Positions 1 through 8,645 of a stretch of DNA of 64,000 nt are shown piece after piece. Every line of letters starts with the position of its first letter. Position 1 is the first letter of the stretch. Below the pieces are notes generated by a model. It was not told the DNA's origin. It did not search any database and saw only the letters and a program-made list of their open reading frames with translations. The position numbers were made by a program, and so were the translations under genes. Source of the DNA: an uncultured delta proteobacterium (GTDB lineage: Bacteria; Desulfobacterota; Binatia; UBA9968); contig CAWDPO010000043.1 in the NCBI GenBank assembly GCA_963804165.1, positions 352,001-416,000 on the forward strand, read 5' to 3'.

Positions 1-150
1 GATAACGTCGTCATCGGCACCGACTATGGCCATACCGACGCGTCGAGCGAAATCGACGCCATCGACATCTTCCGCGCCAACAAGGAAGTCACCGATCCGA
101 TCAAGAAAAAAATCCTGGACGACAACCCGCGGCGGCTGTACGCGTTATGA
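1..150 (+). CDS. Amidohydrolase family protein, C-terminal end (partial)
   Basis: Frame 1 reads DNVVIGTDYGHTD...KKILDDNPRRLYAL*, the typical Amidohydro_2 C-terminus (G[TS]DYxH...IL.DN..RLY). Confidence 0.8.
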   Translation, partial: DNVVIGTDYGHTDASSEIDAIDIFRANKEVTDPIKKKILDDNPRRLYAL

Positions 151-235
151 ATTTAGTCGTCCTGGGGCAATTCTCCTGACTCCGAGGTTCCTTCTGGTTG
201 TGCGAGGATCAAGCTTTGGAGCGGTAGCTGCTGCT

Positions 236-2182
236 TTAAACTTTGGAATTTTTCTGCTGTTCCTCCAGAAGCCGCTGCGCCTCTTCCTCGGACAGTGATT
301 CCAATTCCTTCAATAGTGTCGTCAAGTCTTGGGCGTCCAAAGTCTTTCCCTGATGTGCCGTGATCATTGATGCCATTTCCGCAACGGTCGGAGATTCAAA
401 TAGTGATCGCAGTGGTATCTCTAACTGAAACTGATTGACGACTCGCGACACAACCCGGGTCGCTGTCAGAGAGTGACCTCCAAGGTCCAAGAAATCGTCG
501 TAGATACCAATGGGACGAACATCAAGCAGATCCTCCCAGATCTGGACCAAACTCTTTTCTATCTCATTTCGCGGCGCAGTATATAACGCGTCAAGTTTCG
601 GTCGCGCACGATCCGGTTTTGGTAAGGCGCGACGATCCAACTTTCCGTTCGTTAGCGGCAGCGATTCCAAAAACACAAAAGTCGACGGGACCATGTAATC
701 TGGCAGTTTATTCCTGATAAATTTTTTGAGATCGCTCACATTGAGAACGGAGTTTTGACGCGGGATGACATAACCGACCAGATACTCTTCTCCGAGCTCA
801 CGGTCCCATGCAGCGACTCCGGCGTCTTTGACCTGAGGATGCGCCAACAATGCTCTCTCAATCTCGCCCAGCTCCACACGGTAGCCACGAATCTTCACCA
901 TGAGATCTTTTCGTCCCAGGTGGATCACAAATCCGTTGGGCAACATCCGGCCGAGATCGCCGGTCGGATAAATTGAATCGGCTGCGCCCTGTGAGTTCCA
1001 GGTTGTCGAGGATGGACGGTGGAACGGCAGATTAAGGTATCGACTGCGGACGGTGATTTCTCCCGTTTGCCCGGGTTGCGCTATATTTCCATCCTCGTCA
1101 ACTATAAGGACTTCTCTTCCAGGCCGGGGATATCCGACGGGAACGCCCTGTTCCGGGAGCTTGAAGTCTTGATCGATCAGAAACGAAGCGAATGTATGGG
1201 TTTCCGTCGCGCCAATAGAAATTTCGAAGGTCGTCGTGGCTGGGAAATGCATCCTATAGAGTGCGATTTCCACTTTGGATACTGGCGCTCCCGACAAATT
1301 AATCAAACGTAATGCGGGAAATTCTATCCTATGCGAGAGCGATTCCACGAACTGGCGAAAGACTACCGGAGTTGAATGAAAGCAAGTGATTTGCTCGTCA
1401 CGCAACCATGACGGGATCCGATTGATTCCTTCCAAGCTAATGTCGAACGGATGAATCGATGCTCCGTTCAGCAAGGACTGATAAAGGTTTATGTGAGACG
1501 AACCAAAAGCAATAGAATGAAATAGGGTGAGCTTGTCGTCTACGCCAATATTATTTATCTGGCCGTGAACAACGCCGTTAAACACGATATTCTTATGAGG
1601 ACAAACGATACCCTTGGGTTTTCCTGTCGATCCCGAAGTGTATAAAAGGCATGCGGGCTCCTCCGCTCCGACCGAAAGTTCGGGGTTCTCAGAGGCGGTT
1701 GAGTGATCGAGTTGGTCGACATTCAGCAATAGCTTCGAATTTCGAATGTGCGGATTGATAAGCCCCTCACCGCGACTATTCGACAGAAGTAAGCTAGCGC
1801 CAGAGTCCTCCAACATTCGAACTTGTCTTTCCTCGGGAAACGATGGGTCTAAACCCAGGTAGAATTTACCTGCCTTCAATACTCCCAAAATTGCTGGAAG
1901 CATGTCGATTCCATGCTCGAATAACAGGGGTATGGGCTCGCTTGAGGCCCCTCGCTTCGCCAAAACGGCGTGAGCGATCCGATTAGCCGCGCGGTTGAGT
2001 TGATCGTAGGTCAGCGCTCGGTCCCTGTCCTTGACTGCCAATCGCTCCGGATACATGTGCACGATCTTCTCAAACCGCGCCGGGATCGATGTCTCAACGT
2101 CCTCCATGGGTCACTCAACGAACATTCCCCATGGAAGAAAGCACTTGGCCCGTATTGATTGTTGGTCATGCGGCAACTTCAT
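236..2182 (-). CDS. Stand-alone NRPS-like adenylation + carrier (A-PCP) protein; in-frame TGA at 2111-2113 near the N-terminus
   Basis: ORF 236..2107 has YTSGSTGKPKG, TGDLG, KIRGYRVELGEIE, NGKLDR and PCP motif LGGHSL. An in-frame ATG at 2182 with GGGGAG RBS encodes MKLPHDQQSIRAKCF... before the TGA. Confidence 0.85.
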
Positions 2183-2483
2183 AGCACTCCCCTACCTTTC
2201 CCCGATTTGCTCTTCCGCGCATCTTTCTCCTGGTCCTGGGAAGGATTGTAGACGAGTGCATTGCTATACGACAAGACTAGAGGTTAGAGGAAGTCTTATG
2301 GTCTTAACAGAGGGGAACTTAATGGCACATGCGGTAAAGAATAGTCCCATAAACATCGGCGCAGTTGGCAGCGAGAACTCGGTTTACATTAAAAAATACA
2401 ATCGCGCACAGAGTGAGCAAGAACTCTAGATTGAAAATTTCGCTCACAACTTTTCGAAGGCAGTTTACCCAGTTTCGACGCAG

Positions 2484-2549
2484 GATTGAACTAAACGACG
2501 CTTCTGACGAATCTCGTGAGATTCGTTTGAAGGAGAATTCAGTTCAATT
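2484..2549 (+). repeat. Double 12-6-12 site (A: CGACGC spacer; B: GGAGAA spacer), copy 1
   Basis: GATTGAACTAAA-CGACGC-TTCTGACGAATC, 6 bp gap, GATTCGTTTGAA-GGAGAA-TTCAGTTCAATT. Confidence 0.85.
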
Positions 2550-2554
2550 CCATG

Positions 2555-2650
2555 GTTAAACGTTCGCGTTGAGCGGCACGCCCGCACGGGAGCCCATTGG
2601 CGAGCCACCGCCGCTTCCGGCGCGTCCGCTCCAACGCGGGGTTAGCTGGC
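2555..2650 (-). mobile_element. Integron attC site
   Basis: Minus strand: GCCAGCTAAC-cccgc-GTTGGAGC...GCTCAAC-gcgaac-GTTTAAC, i.e. R'', 5-bp spacer, 8-bp L'' with one extra base, 7-bp L', R'. It lies just after the lipocalin gene stop. Confidence 0.8.
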
Positions 2651-2666
2651 ACCAGAGCGCCATCGC

Positions 2667-3182
2667 CTATTTTGCGCGTCGAAGGACCAAGTGGACGATT
2701 CCTCCGCCGACAGCCGAAACAGGGCTTATGATCTTTAACTTATCACCCGAGATTTCGATGAGCCGAGACTGATCCTCGCCGTTCCAGTTTGGGTAGGTAC
2801 TCCCATCGTAGTGCAGATTTATCTTCCGTTCTTTCTCGTCGATAGAATACCTGCCGAAATAGGCGATGCTTCCTTGTACGATTGCTTTGTTCTCCTCTGC
2901 AGTCCCCGCCATGCGATTGTTTGAAGCAAACTTCGGCAACGTCCCACGTTGAAGCACCAGGATAAAGCGTCCGTTTGCATCGTATACGACCATGCCTTTT
3001 GGATTAGAGCCGAATGGTTCCAATTTCTTTCCGTCTTGGTCTACGTATTGCGCTACTGCCATCCAAGTACCTACGATTTGCTTGCCTAGCGATTGGGCAG
3101 TCGCCGACACACACAAAAATGTGCTTAGCATAGCCAGTGCAACTGACAAGGTTCCGCGCAAACGGCATTGATACGCCTTCAT
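2667..3182 (-). CDS. Secreted lipocalin-like domain protein (gene-cassette cargo)
   Basis: Signal peptide, IVGTW, G...YDANGRF, IAYFGRYSIDE, STYPNW: Lipocalin_5-type pattern. GGGAGG RBS. Confidence 0.8.
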   Translation of the reverse strand: MKAYQCRLRGTLSVALAMLSTFLCVSATAQSLGKQIVGTWMAVAQYVDQDGKKLEPFGSNPKGMVVYDANGRFILVLQRGTLPKFASNNRMAGTAEENKAIVQGSIAYFGRYSIDEKERKINLHYDGSTYPNWNGEDQSRLIEISGDKLKIISPVSAVGGGIVHLVLRRAK

Positions 3183-3225
3183 AGTGCCTCCCTGTTGTTA
3201 AGTAACGACCGTATGACGCCTCCGA

Positions 3226-3290
3226 GCCAGCTAACTATTAAGTGAACTGCCGGCTCTTGCGGCGGGTTATCCGGGAACCCGAAATCTGAG
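3226..3290 (-). mobile_element. Cassette core site GTTAGCTGGC preceded by an attI-like sequence
   Basis: Minus-strand GTTAGCTGGC (3235-3226) is the exact complement of the attC R'' GCCAGCTAAC. It is preceded by CGGATAA...CACTTAATA rather than by another attC. Confidence 0.55.
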
Positions 3291-3427
3291 AAGAGCAAAA
3301 TGAACTGAATATCCGTCAACAAGCCGTGCTTTGTCAATGGTTTCACCCGACAAACGCTGCCCGCGGAGCGGTATATCCAGATATCAGCCCGCGGTGTATC
3401 TTGGCGGATCAACCGAAATCGCCGTAG

Positions 3428-3457
3428 GATTGAACTGAACGACGCTTCAATTCGATC
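3428..3457 (+). repeat. Single 12-6-12 site (A type)
   Basis: GATTGAACTGAA-CGACGC-TTCAATTCGATC. Confidence 0.85.
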
Positions 3458-3503
3458 TCCATTATCCGTCTTAATCAAAGATGAAAAAGTGAAACCAGCG
3501 ACA

Positions 3504-3553
3504 CGCCTGGAGTCCATCCAGGAGAGGGCCGGGCAGCACGGACCGTGGCGCTC
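3504..3553 (+). repeat. 50-bp direct repeat, copy 1 (copy 2 at 4461-4510)
   Basis: CGCCTGGAGTCCATCCAGGAGAGGGC...GACCGTGGCGCTC. Confidence 0.75.
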
Positions 3554-3700
3554 TAAGTGACACGGAATTGAGTTGCTAGAGAAGCGGCACAAAGACACTT
3601 TGGCTCAATTAGCGCCGTCCACCACGATTGTTTGGACGGTGCAGGGATCTCGTGAGCAAGTCCGTCCGAGATGGTCTGTCGGTAAAGATTCATCCAGACG

Positions 3701-3886
3701 CTATCGCGATGGATCACTCGGACCGCGCGGATTCCCCGCCGATCCTCTGTCAGCAGGAGAGCTTTTCGAAATCTTCTGCAATTCATCAGCCTTCCTTGTT
3801 GGATCAGCATCATTGCCTCGACAGCTCCCAAGAACAACCGTGGCGCATAGTAGGATGGCGACCGCGAGAAGCGTCTGTTTATGCAT
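3701..3886 (-). CDS. Putative small lipoprotein
   Basis: Basic N-terminus, hydrophobic stretch and lipobox LGSC; GGGGAGG RBS upstream. Confidence 0.45.
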   Translation of the reverse strand: MHKQTLLAVAILLCATVVLGSCRGNDADPTRKADELQKISKSSPADRGSAGNPRGPSDPSR

Positions 3887-4138
3887 AATCTGCCTCCCCT
3901 GTCGAATGATCGATATCGTCCAATTCCGAAACTGAGTTGCCGTTGAGAGAGCTGAGGATAAAACGAGCCTCGCAAATTCAGGAGCTCATCTCATGATGCA
4001 GACCTACGCATGAGAAAGCTTGGGACAACTGCGGCAAGCACTAGTTAACGTGACGAGAATTGTCAAGATGCTGAAAAGACATTTTGTCTTGGACGCGCGG
4101 CCTCTGACGGACAACATCCTCACTGAGATGCTGAGAGG

Positions 4139-4168
4139 GATTGAACTTTAACGAATCTAATTTCAATC
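4139..4168 (+). repeat. Degenerate 30-bp palindromic site related to the 12-6-12 family
   Basis: GATTGAACTTTAACGAATCTAATTTCAATC: same outer arms and length, different centre. Confidence 0.45.
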
Positions 4169-4460
4169 GTTCACAAACGGCGCGTTTACGCCGTAGGGTC
4201 CTGGCCATGAAAAAAGGATATCAAGGCGACGAACTCTGGAGCGCTGTAAATCCGGCGAGCGGTAAACAAGAATTGGTTGACCCCGAGGGCGAATTCATCC
4301 CGGTGAAACAATCATCAAGCTGTACTATTGGAAACGGCTTGACGGCTATGTGACCGTCCCTGGGGATTCGATGTTCAAAGTCGCGGCCGATGGCTACACG
4401 CTCGAAGCTGTTAGATGAGACTTAGCACCAGCAGCCAAACCATCAACAAAGACATCGTTG

Positions 4461-4510
4461 CGCCTGAAGTCCATTCAGGAGAGGGCGGTGTGAATCCGAC
4501 CGTGGCGCTC
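4461..4510 (+). repeat. 50-bp direct repeat, copy 2
   Basis: CGCCTGAAGTCCATTCAGGAGAGGGC...GACCGTGGCGCTC, about 30 bp past the MBL stop. Confidence 0.75.
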
Positions 4511-4539
4511 CAAAGTTGATTCAGCGCTAGATACCGAAG

Positions 4540-5520
4540 CTACTGGAACCGTAAGAGACCAGCCTTTGCGCATTCGTCTGCAACGGTCAAATACCGCTTT
4601 ATGCTGTCAGTTCCAACAACATACGGATGCCGATCCTCGGCTTTTCGTTTTGATAACGCTGGCAGCTTCACCTTGCTCCCGTCGTAGATGGTATGGTTGG
4701 AAAGAAGAACATCGGCACCCGCTTTTTCCACAATCTCCCCTAAGCGGCGGGCGGAGTTGCTGTAGGTTTCAAACCAAAAACTATTCGGCTTGCCTCGATA
4801 TTCCGCTCCGCCTCTTAGCCAATTGAACGCAGTACCTCCAACCTCAACAGCGAGGTGACGCTTTCCTCCGTCCTTTACCGGGATAAGAGTTGAGATCGTG
4901 CCTAGCGTATGTCCAGGGGTCTTGTACATCGTCAGTGTCGTGTCGCCAAGCGTGAGCTTCTGTCCGTCAACAGCGACCATATCGCGCTTGGGCTTTGGCC
5001 ATGGCTGCGTATTGCGGCTCATTGCGTCCCAGTCTTCTTCGGCAAGAATGACCCGCGCACCGAAACGATCCTGGAGATACTTTGCTCCACCCGCGTGATC
5101 GATGTGACCATGACTGACAATCACATACTTGATCGAAACCAGATCAAAGCCGAGCTTTTTCAATCCGGCGACGATCTCATCCTCCACTGAGTAGTCAAAT
5201 AAGGCATCCACGATGATGATGCCTTCTGAGGTAGTCACGGCCCAGGCCGAGTGCTCCGCCTGTCCGACAAAGTAAAGATTATCGAAAACTTTTACCGGTT
5301 CGGCGTACCAACTCGAACGATTTGGAGGCCCGGATGGCGGGCGAGCCGTCGTAGCCGGCGTGCACACCGTCTTGAATAAAGCGAGATACTCCTGACCAGC
5401 AGCCTCTCGCGCTTTAGCTACATGAGCATCAGCTGTATCGGAAAACTGAGCAGCAGAGTTGACTGAGACACAATACACCGTAAGACCCAGAGCCAGAACG
5501 ACTATAATCCAAAATCGCAT
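4540..5520 (-). CDS. Secreted metallo-beta-lactamase-fold hydrolase, subclass B3-like
   Basis: Signal peptide; PVKVFDNLYFVG, SHGHIDHAGG (HxHxDH), TPGHTLG, LSNH. Confidence 0.88.
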   Translation of the reverse strand: MRFWIIVVLALGLTVYCVSVNSAAQFSDTADAHVAKAREAAGQEYLALFKTVCTPATTARPPSGPPNRSSWYAEPVKVFDNLYFVGQAEHSAWAVTTSEGIIIVDALFDYSVEDEIVAGLKKLGFDLVSIKYVIVSHGHIDHAGGAKYLQDRFGARVILAEEDWDAMSRNTQPWPKPKRDMVAVDGQKLTLGDTTLTMYKTPGHTLGTISTLIPVKDGGKRHLAVEVGGTAFNWLRGGAEYRGKPNSFWFETYSNSARRLGEIVEKAGADVLLSNHTIYDGSKVKLPALSKRKAEDRHPYVVGTDSIKRYLTVADECAKAGLLRFQ

Positions 5521-5651
5521 CGGCGTTCTCCTTTTGCTCTCAGACGTGTGAAGAAATCAAATCCTAATGGTTGGGTGTCTGACCAACGAACTCGCGGCTC
5601 CGGACGGTTTACCTTCGTGATGAATGGCTTGTCAATATGTCCACGCCCTCA

Positions 5652-5719
5652 GATTGAACTTAACGACGCCTCGGTTCGATGAGTTCCAAGATTGGCTCGT
5701 AGGAGAATTCAGTTCAATC
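5652..5719 (+). repeat. Double 12-6-12 site, copy 2
   Basis: GATTGAACTTAA-CGACGC-CTCGGTTCGATG, 8 bp gap, GATTGGCTCGTA-GGAGAA-TTCAGTTCAATC. Confidence 0.85.
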
Positions 5720-5774
5720 CTGGTTGTTTTCACGTCTGAAACCGATCTGAAAAATCGCCTCGATAAGAACGAAT

Positions 5775-6761
5775 CTACTTGATCACCCTATCCGCCCGCG
5801 CGAGCACGTTCGGTGGAATCGTCACGCCGATCTGCTTGGCAGTCTTCAGATTAATTATCAGCTCAAACTTCGTCGGTTGTTCGACCGGCAAGTCGGCTGG
5901 CTTCGTTCCCTTGAGAATCTTGTCGACGTACGTGGCAGCGCGACGGAGCAGGTCGGCAAAGTTCGGTCCATAGGCCATGAGTCCCCCAGCCTTCTCCGCA
6001 TGCTCTCTTGTGTCATAAACCAGCGGCAGCCGGTTTTTTGCCGCGAAGTCTGCGATTTGTCTTCCGTAGGTAAGGACCGTTGGGTTTGGCACCATAAGAG
6101 CGCCCGGCCGTTCCCGAATCGCGGCCTCGAAAGCACTCGCTAGCTCTGTGGGATTTCGGACCTCCAGGGATTGAAGGGTAATCGCCAATGCCTGGGCCGC
6201 ACTCTGCACCTCTTTGAATCTGATTCTGTTGGCCGAATTAGCCGGATCCCAGATGAAGGCTACTCGTGTGACGTTCGGCAATATTTCTTTGAGCAGTTCC
6301 AATCGTTTTCCATCTAAGTCAGGGGACAGAGTGGTCAACCCCGTAATATTCCCACCTGGCCGTGCGAAGCTAGCGACGAGTCCGACGGCAACCGGATCTG
6401 CTACCTCTGCCATGACAATGGGGATAGTGCTGGTCGTGTTCTTAACGGCCTGGATCGCTGGTGTAGTTCCCGTAACGATCACGTCAACTTTAAGCTGGAG
6501 CAGCTCGGACGCGAGCACGGGCAACCGATCGCTTTTTCCCTCAGTGTAGCGATACTCAATGATGATGTTCTGTCCCTCAACATAGCCAAGTTCCCGCAGA
6601 CCTTGCCGGAATGCCTCGATACGGGCTGAGTAAGAGGAAGGGGAGCCGGGAACTAGAAAACCTACGAGCGGGACTTTCTTCGGCTGCTGCGCCTCGGCTA
6701 TGACCGCAACAGCAAGCAGCACCACTACAAACAGGATTGATAAGATCCAAGCTTTCCTCAT
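5775..6761 (-). CDS. ABC transporter substrate-binding protein (ABC_sub_bind family), orphan
   Basis: AEAQQPKKVP.VGFL, LRELGYVEGQN, GGNITG, KPADLPVEQPTKFEL, ARADRVIK; likely start MRKAWIL. Confidence 0.9.
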   Translation of the reverse strand: MRKAWILSILFVVVLLAVAVIAEAQQPKKVPLVGFLVPGSPSSYSARIEAFRQGLRELGYVEGQNIIIEYRYTEGKSDRLPVLASELLQLKVDVIVTGTTPAIQAVKNTTSTIPIVMAEVADPVAVGLVASFARPGGNITGLTTLSPDLDGKRLELLKEILPNVTRVAFIWDPANSANRIRFKEVQSAAQALAITLQSLEVRNPTELASAFEAAIRERPGALMVPNPTVLTYGRQIADFAAKNRLPLVYDTREHAEKAGGLMAYGPNFADLLRRAATYVDKILKGTKPADLPVEQPTKFELIINLKTAKQIGVTIPPNVLARADRVIK

Positions 6762-6873
6762 TGCACACATCATTTGTTATGTATCACGCGGGCGGTAGTA
6801 GAAAAAGGTAAGATTTACGACGGAAGACGACAGGTATTCGTCGAGCGGAAACACAAATTTTTAGCGTAAGTAA

Positions 6874-6939
6874 GATTGAACTGAACGACGCGTCAGACAA
6901 ACCTTGCGAGATTGAGTCGTAGGAGAATTCAGTTCAATC
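6874..6939 (+). repeat. Double 12-6-12 site, copy 3
   Basis: GATTGAACTGAA-CGACGC-GTCAGACAAACC, 6 bp gap, GATTGAGTCGTA-GGAGAA-TTCAGTTCAATC. Confidence 0.85.
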
Positions 6940-6966
6940 CTAGCATCGCCGCTTCTCTTTCTTTGC

Positions 6967-7947
6967 TCACTTGATCACTTTGTCCGCTCTCGCCAGCACA
7001 TTCGGCGGAATCGTCAGGCCGATTTGCTTAGCGGTTTTCAGGTTGACGATGAACTCAAATTTCTTTGGCTGCTCGACGGGAAGATCGGAGGGTTTGGCGC
7101 CCTTAAGGATCTTGTCCACAAGAACGGCGGCGCGTCTGTAGGGTTCGATCCGGTCTGTTCCGTAGGACATGAAGCCGCCGAGCTCCACAAAATCTGCCAG
7201 ACCGGCTATTGCCGGTAGGCGATTTTTTATCGCCAGGCTTATGATTTGGTTTTGATTATTAGCGATCAACCCGCCTCCCGTCACGAAGAGAGCGCCGCTC
7301 CGTGCCTTCACTGCATCTCTGAACCCGCTCTCGATATCGTTGGCGCTGCTTACCGCCATGGAATGAAGTTGTAGACTGAGTTCCTTTGCTGGCGGTTGGC
7401 TTTCTTTCCATACTTGCGTCGAGCCCGGATTCTGCGAATGCCACAGCACTGCAACGCGGGAGAGCTTGGGAATAGTCTCCTTGAGTAACTCCAGCAGTTT
7501 GCCCGCTAACACCCCGCCAATCGAAGTGAAGCCTGTGATATTGCCCCCAGGCGACGCCAAGCTGTCAACCAACCCAAGCGAAACGGGATCGGATACCGTT
7601 CCCAGAAAGACGATGGGAATCGTCCTAGTAGCGTTTTTCGCGGCTCGGGTGTCATTTGCCCCCGGCGTGACGATCACGTCAACCTTGAGCCGAACCAACT
7701 CAGCAGCAAGGGACCGAAGACGGTCGAGATTGTGCTCTGCGTATCGGAACTCGAAAGCTATATTCTTGCCTTCGACATAGCCGAGTTTGAGAAACTCTCG
7801 CCGAAATGATTCGAGCCTAGCCGAAGGGGAACTGGCTCCTCCGAGAATTCCAATTATCGGTATTTTCGCCGGCTGCTGCGCCTCGGCGACGACTGCAGCG
7901 GCGAGCAGGAACACTACAAGCAGGATTGAAAAGACCGGTTTCCTCAT
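6967..7947 (-). CDS. ABC transporter substrate-binding protein (ABC_sub_bind family), paralog
   Basis: Same family motifs as 5775..6761; upstream region also similar. Confidence 0.9.
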   Translation of the reverse strand: MRKPVFSILLVVFLLAAAVVAEAQQPAKIPIIGILGGASSPSARLESFRREFLKLGYVEGKNIAFEFRYAEHNLDRLRSLAAELVRLKVDVIVTPGANDTRAAKNATRTIPIVFLGTVSDPVSLGLVDSLASPGGNITGFTSIGGVLAGKLLELLKETIPKLSRVAVLWHSQNPGSTQVWKESQPPAKELSLQLHSMAVSSANDIESGFRDAVKARSGALFVTGGGLIANNQNQIISLAIKNRLPAIAGLADFVELGGFMSYGTDRIEPYRRAAVLVDKILKGAKPSDLPVEQPKKFEFIVNLKTAKQIGLTIPPNVLARADKVIK

Positions 7948-8054
7948 TGCACACATGCATTCGCTATGTATCACGGGGGCGGTAGAAGAGAAAAGTGAGA
8001 TTTACGTAGAAAGGCGGCAAGGATTCGTTGAATAGGAAACCCGAATCAGCCTGA

Positions 8055-8084
8055 GATTGAACTGAACGACGCTTCAGTTCGATC
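8055..8084 (+). repeat. Single 12-6-12 site (A type), nearly perfect palindromic arms
   Basis: GATTGAACTGAA-CGACGC-TTCAGTTCGATC (11/12 arm symmetry). Confidence 0.9.
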
Positions 8085-8264
8085 AATCTGCTAGGGCTTG
8101 AGTATTTATTAGTAATTGGAGTCAGATGGGCCACCGTAATATAGAAAATCTATATCTTCAGTTTTTGCACGAACCAAACAGCCCCAAGGGTGAGGACCAA
8201 CACGTTTCCGTTTCGGACAGATGAAGGCGGATAGTTCTGGCAAAGTTGTGACAAAGTAAGTCGA

Positions 8265-8645
8265 TTACCCATCAACTTTAGCGATTAATCGTTCTACTTC
8301 CCCGAGAAATTCTTTCAGGTTGAGCGGCTTGGTCTGATAACCGTCGAATCCTTCCGCCAACATCGTTTGTCTGTTGTGTGTCATCGCCGATGCCGTGATG
8401 GCGACAATCGGTATGCGGTTAGTTTTCGGCGCAGCCTTGAGCTGCTTCATCGCCGTGATGCCGTCCATACCAAGGAGCTGGATGTCCATCAGGATCAGAG
8501 CGGGAGTTTTTTCCTCTGCGAGCTTTAGGCCGTCCTCGGCGGTCTCGGTGTCGATAGTTTGATAGCCCTTGACCTGAAGTAAGTCACGAATGAGCTTACG
8601 ATTTTTCTCATTGTCCTCAATGATCAGTATTAGTTCGTTGGCCAT
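8265..8645 (-). CDS. Single-domain response regulator (DivK/CheY-like)
   Basis: [38 protein letters not shown]; start MANELI. Confidence 0.9.
   Translation of the reverse strand: MANELILIIEDNEKNRKLIRDLLQVKGYQTIDTETAEDGLKLAEEKTPALILMDIQLLGMDGITAMKQLKAAPKTNRIPIVAITASAMTHNRQTMLAEGFDGYQTKPLNLKEFLGEVERLIAKVDG

Noticed and set aside
165-185. Inverted partial match to site B (AGGAGAATT on the minus strand) as the left island boundary
   Set aside because: Only about 9 bp match and the conserved arm is missing, so it could be chance.
2111-2113. Selenocysteine readthrough in the A-PCP gene
   Set aside because: The position is not a catalytic Cys site and no convincing SECIS hairpin was seen.
4207-4419. 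Possible small frameshifted plus-strand gene (MKKGYQGDELW...)
   Set aside because: Needs a frameshift and has no recognisable motif, so it is not supportable.
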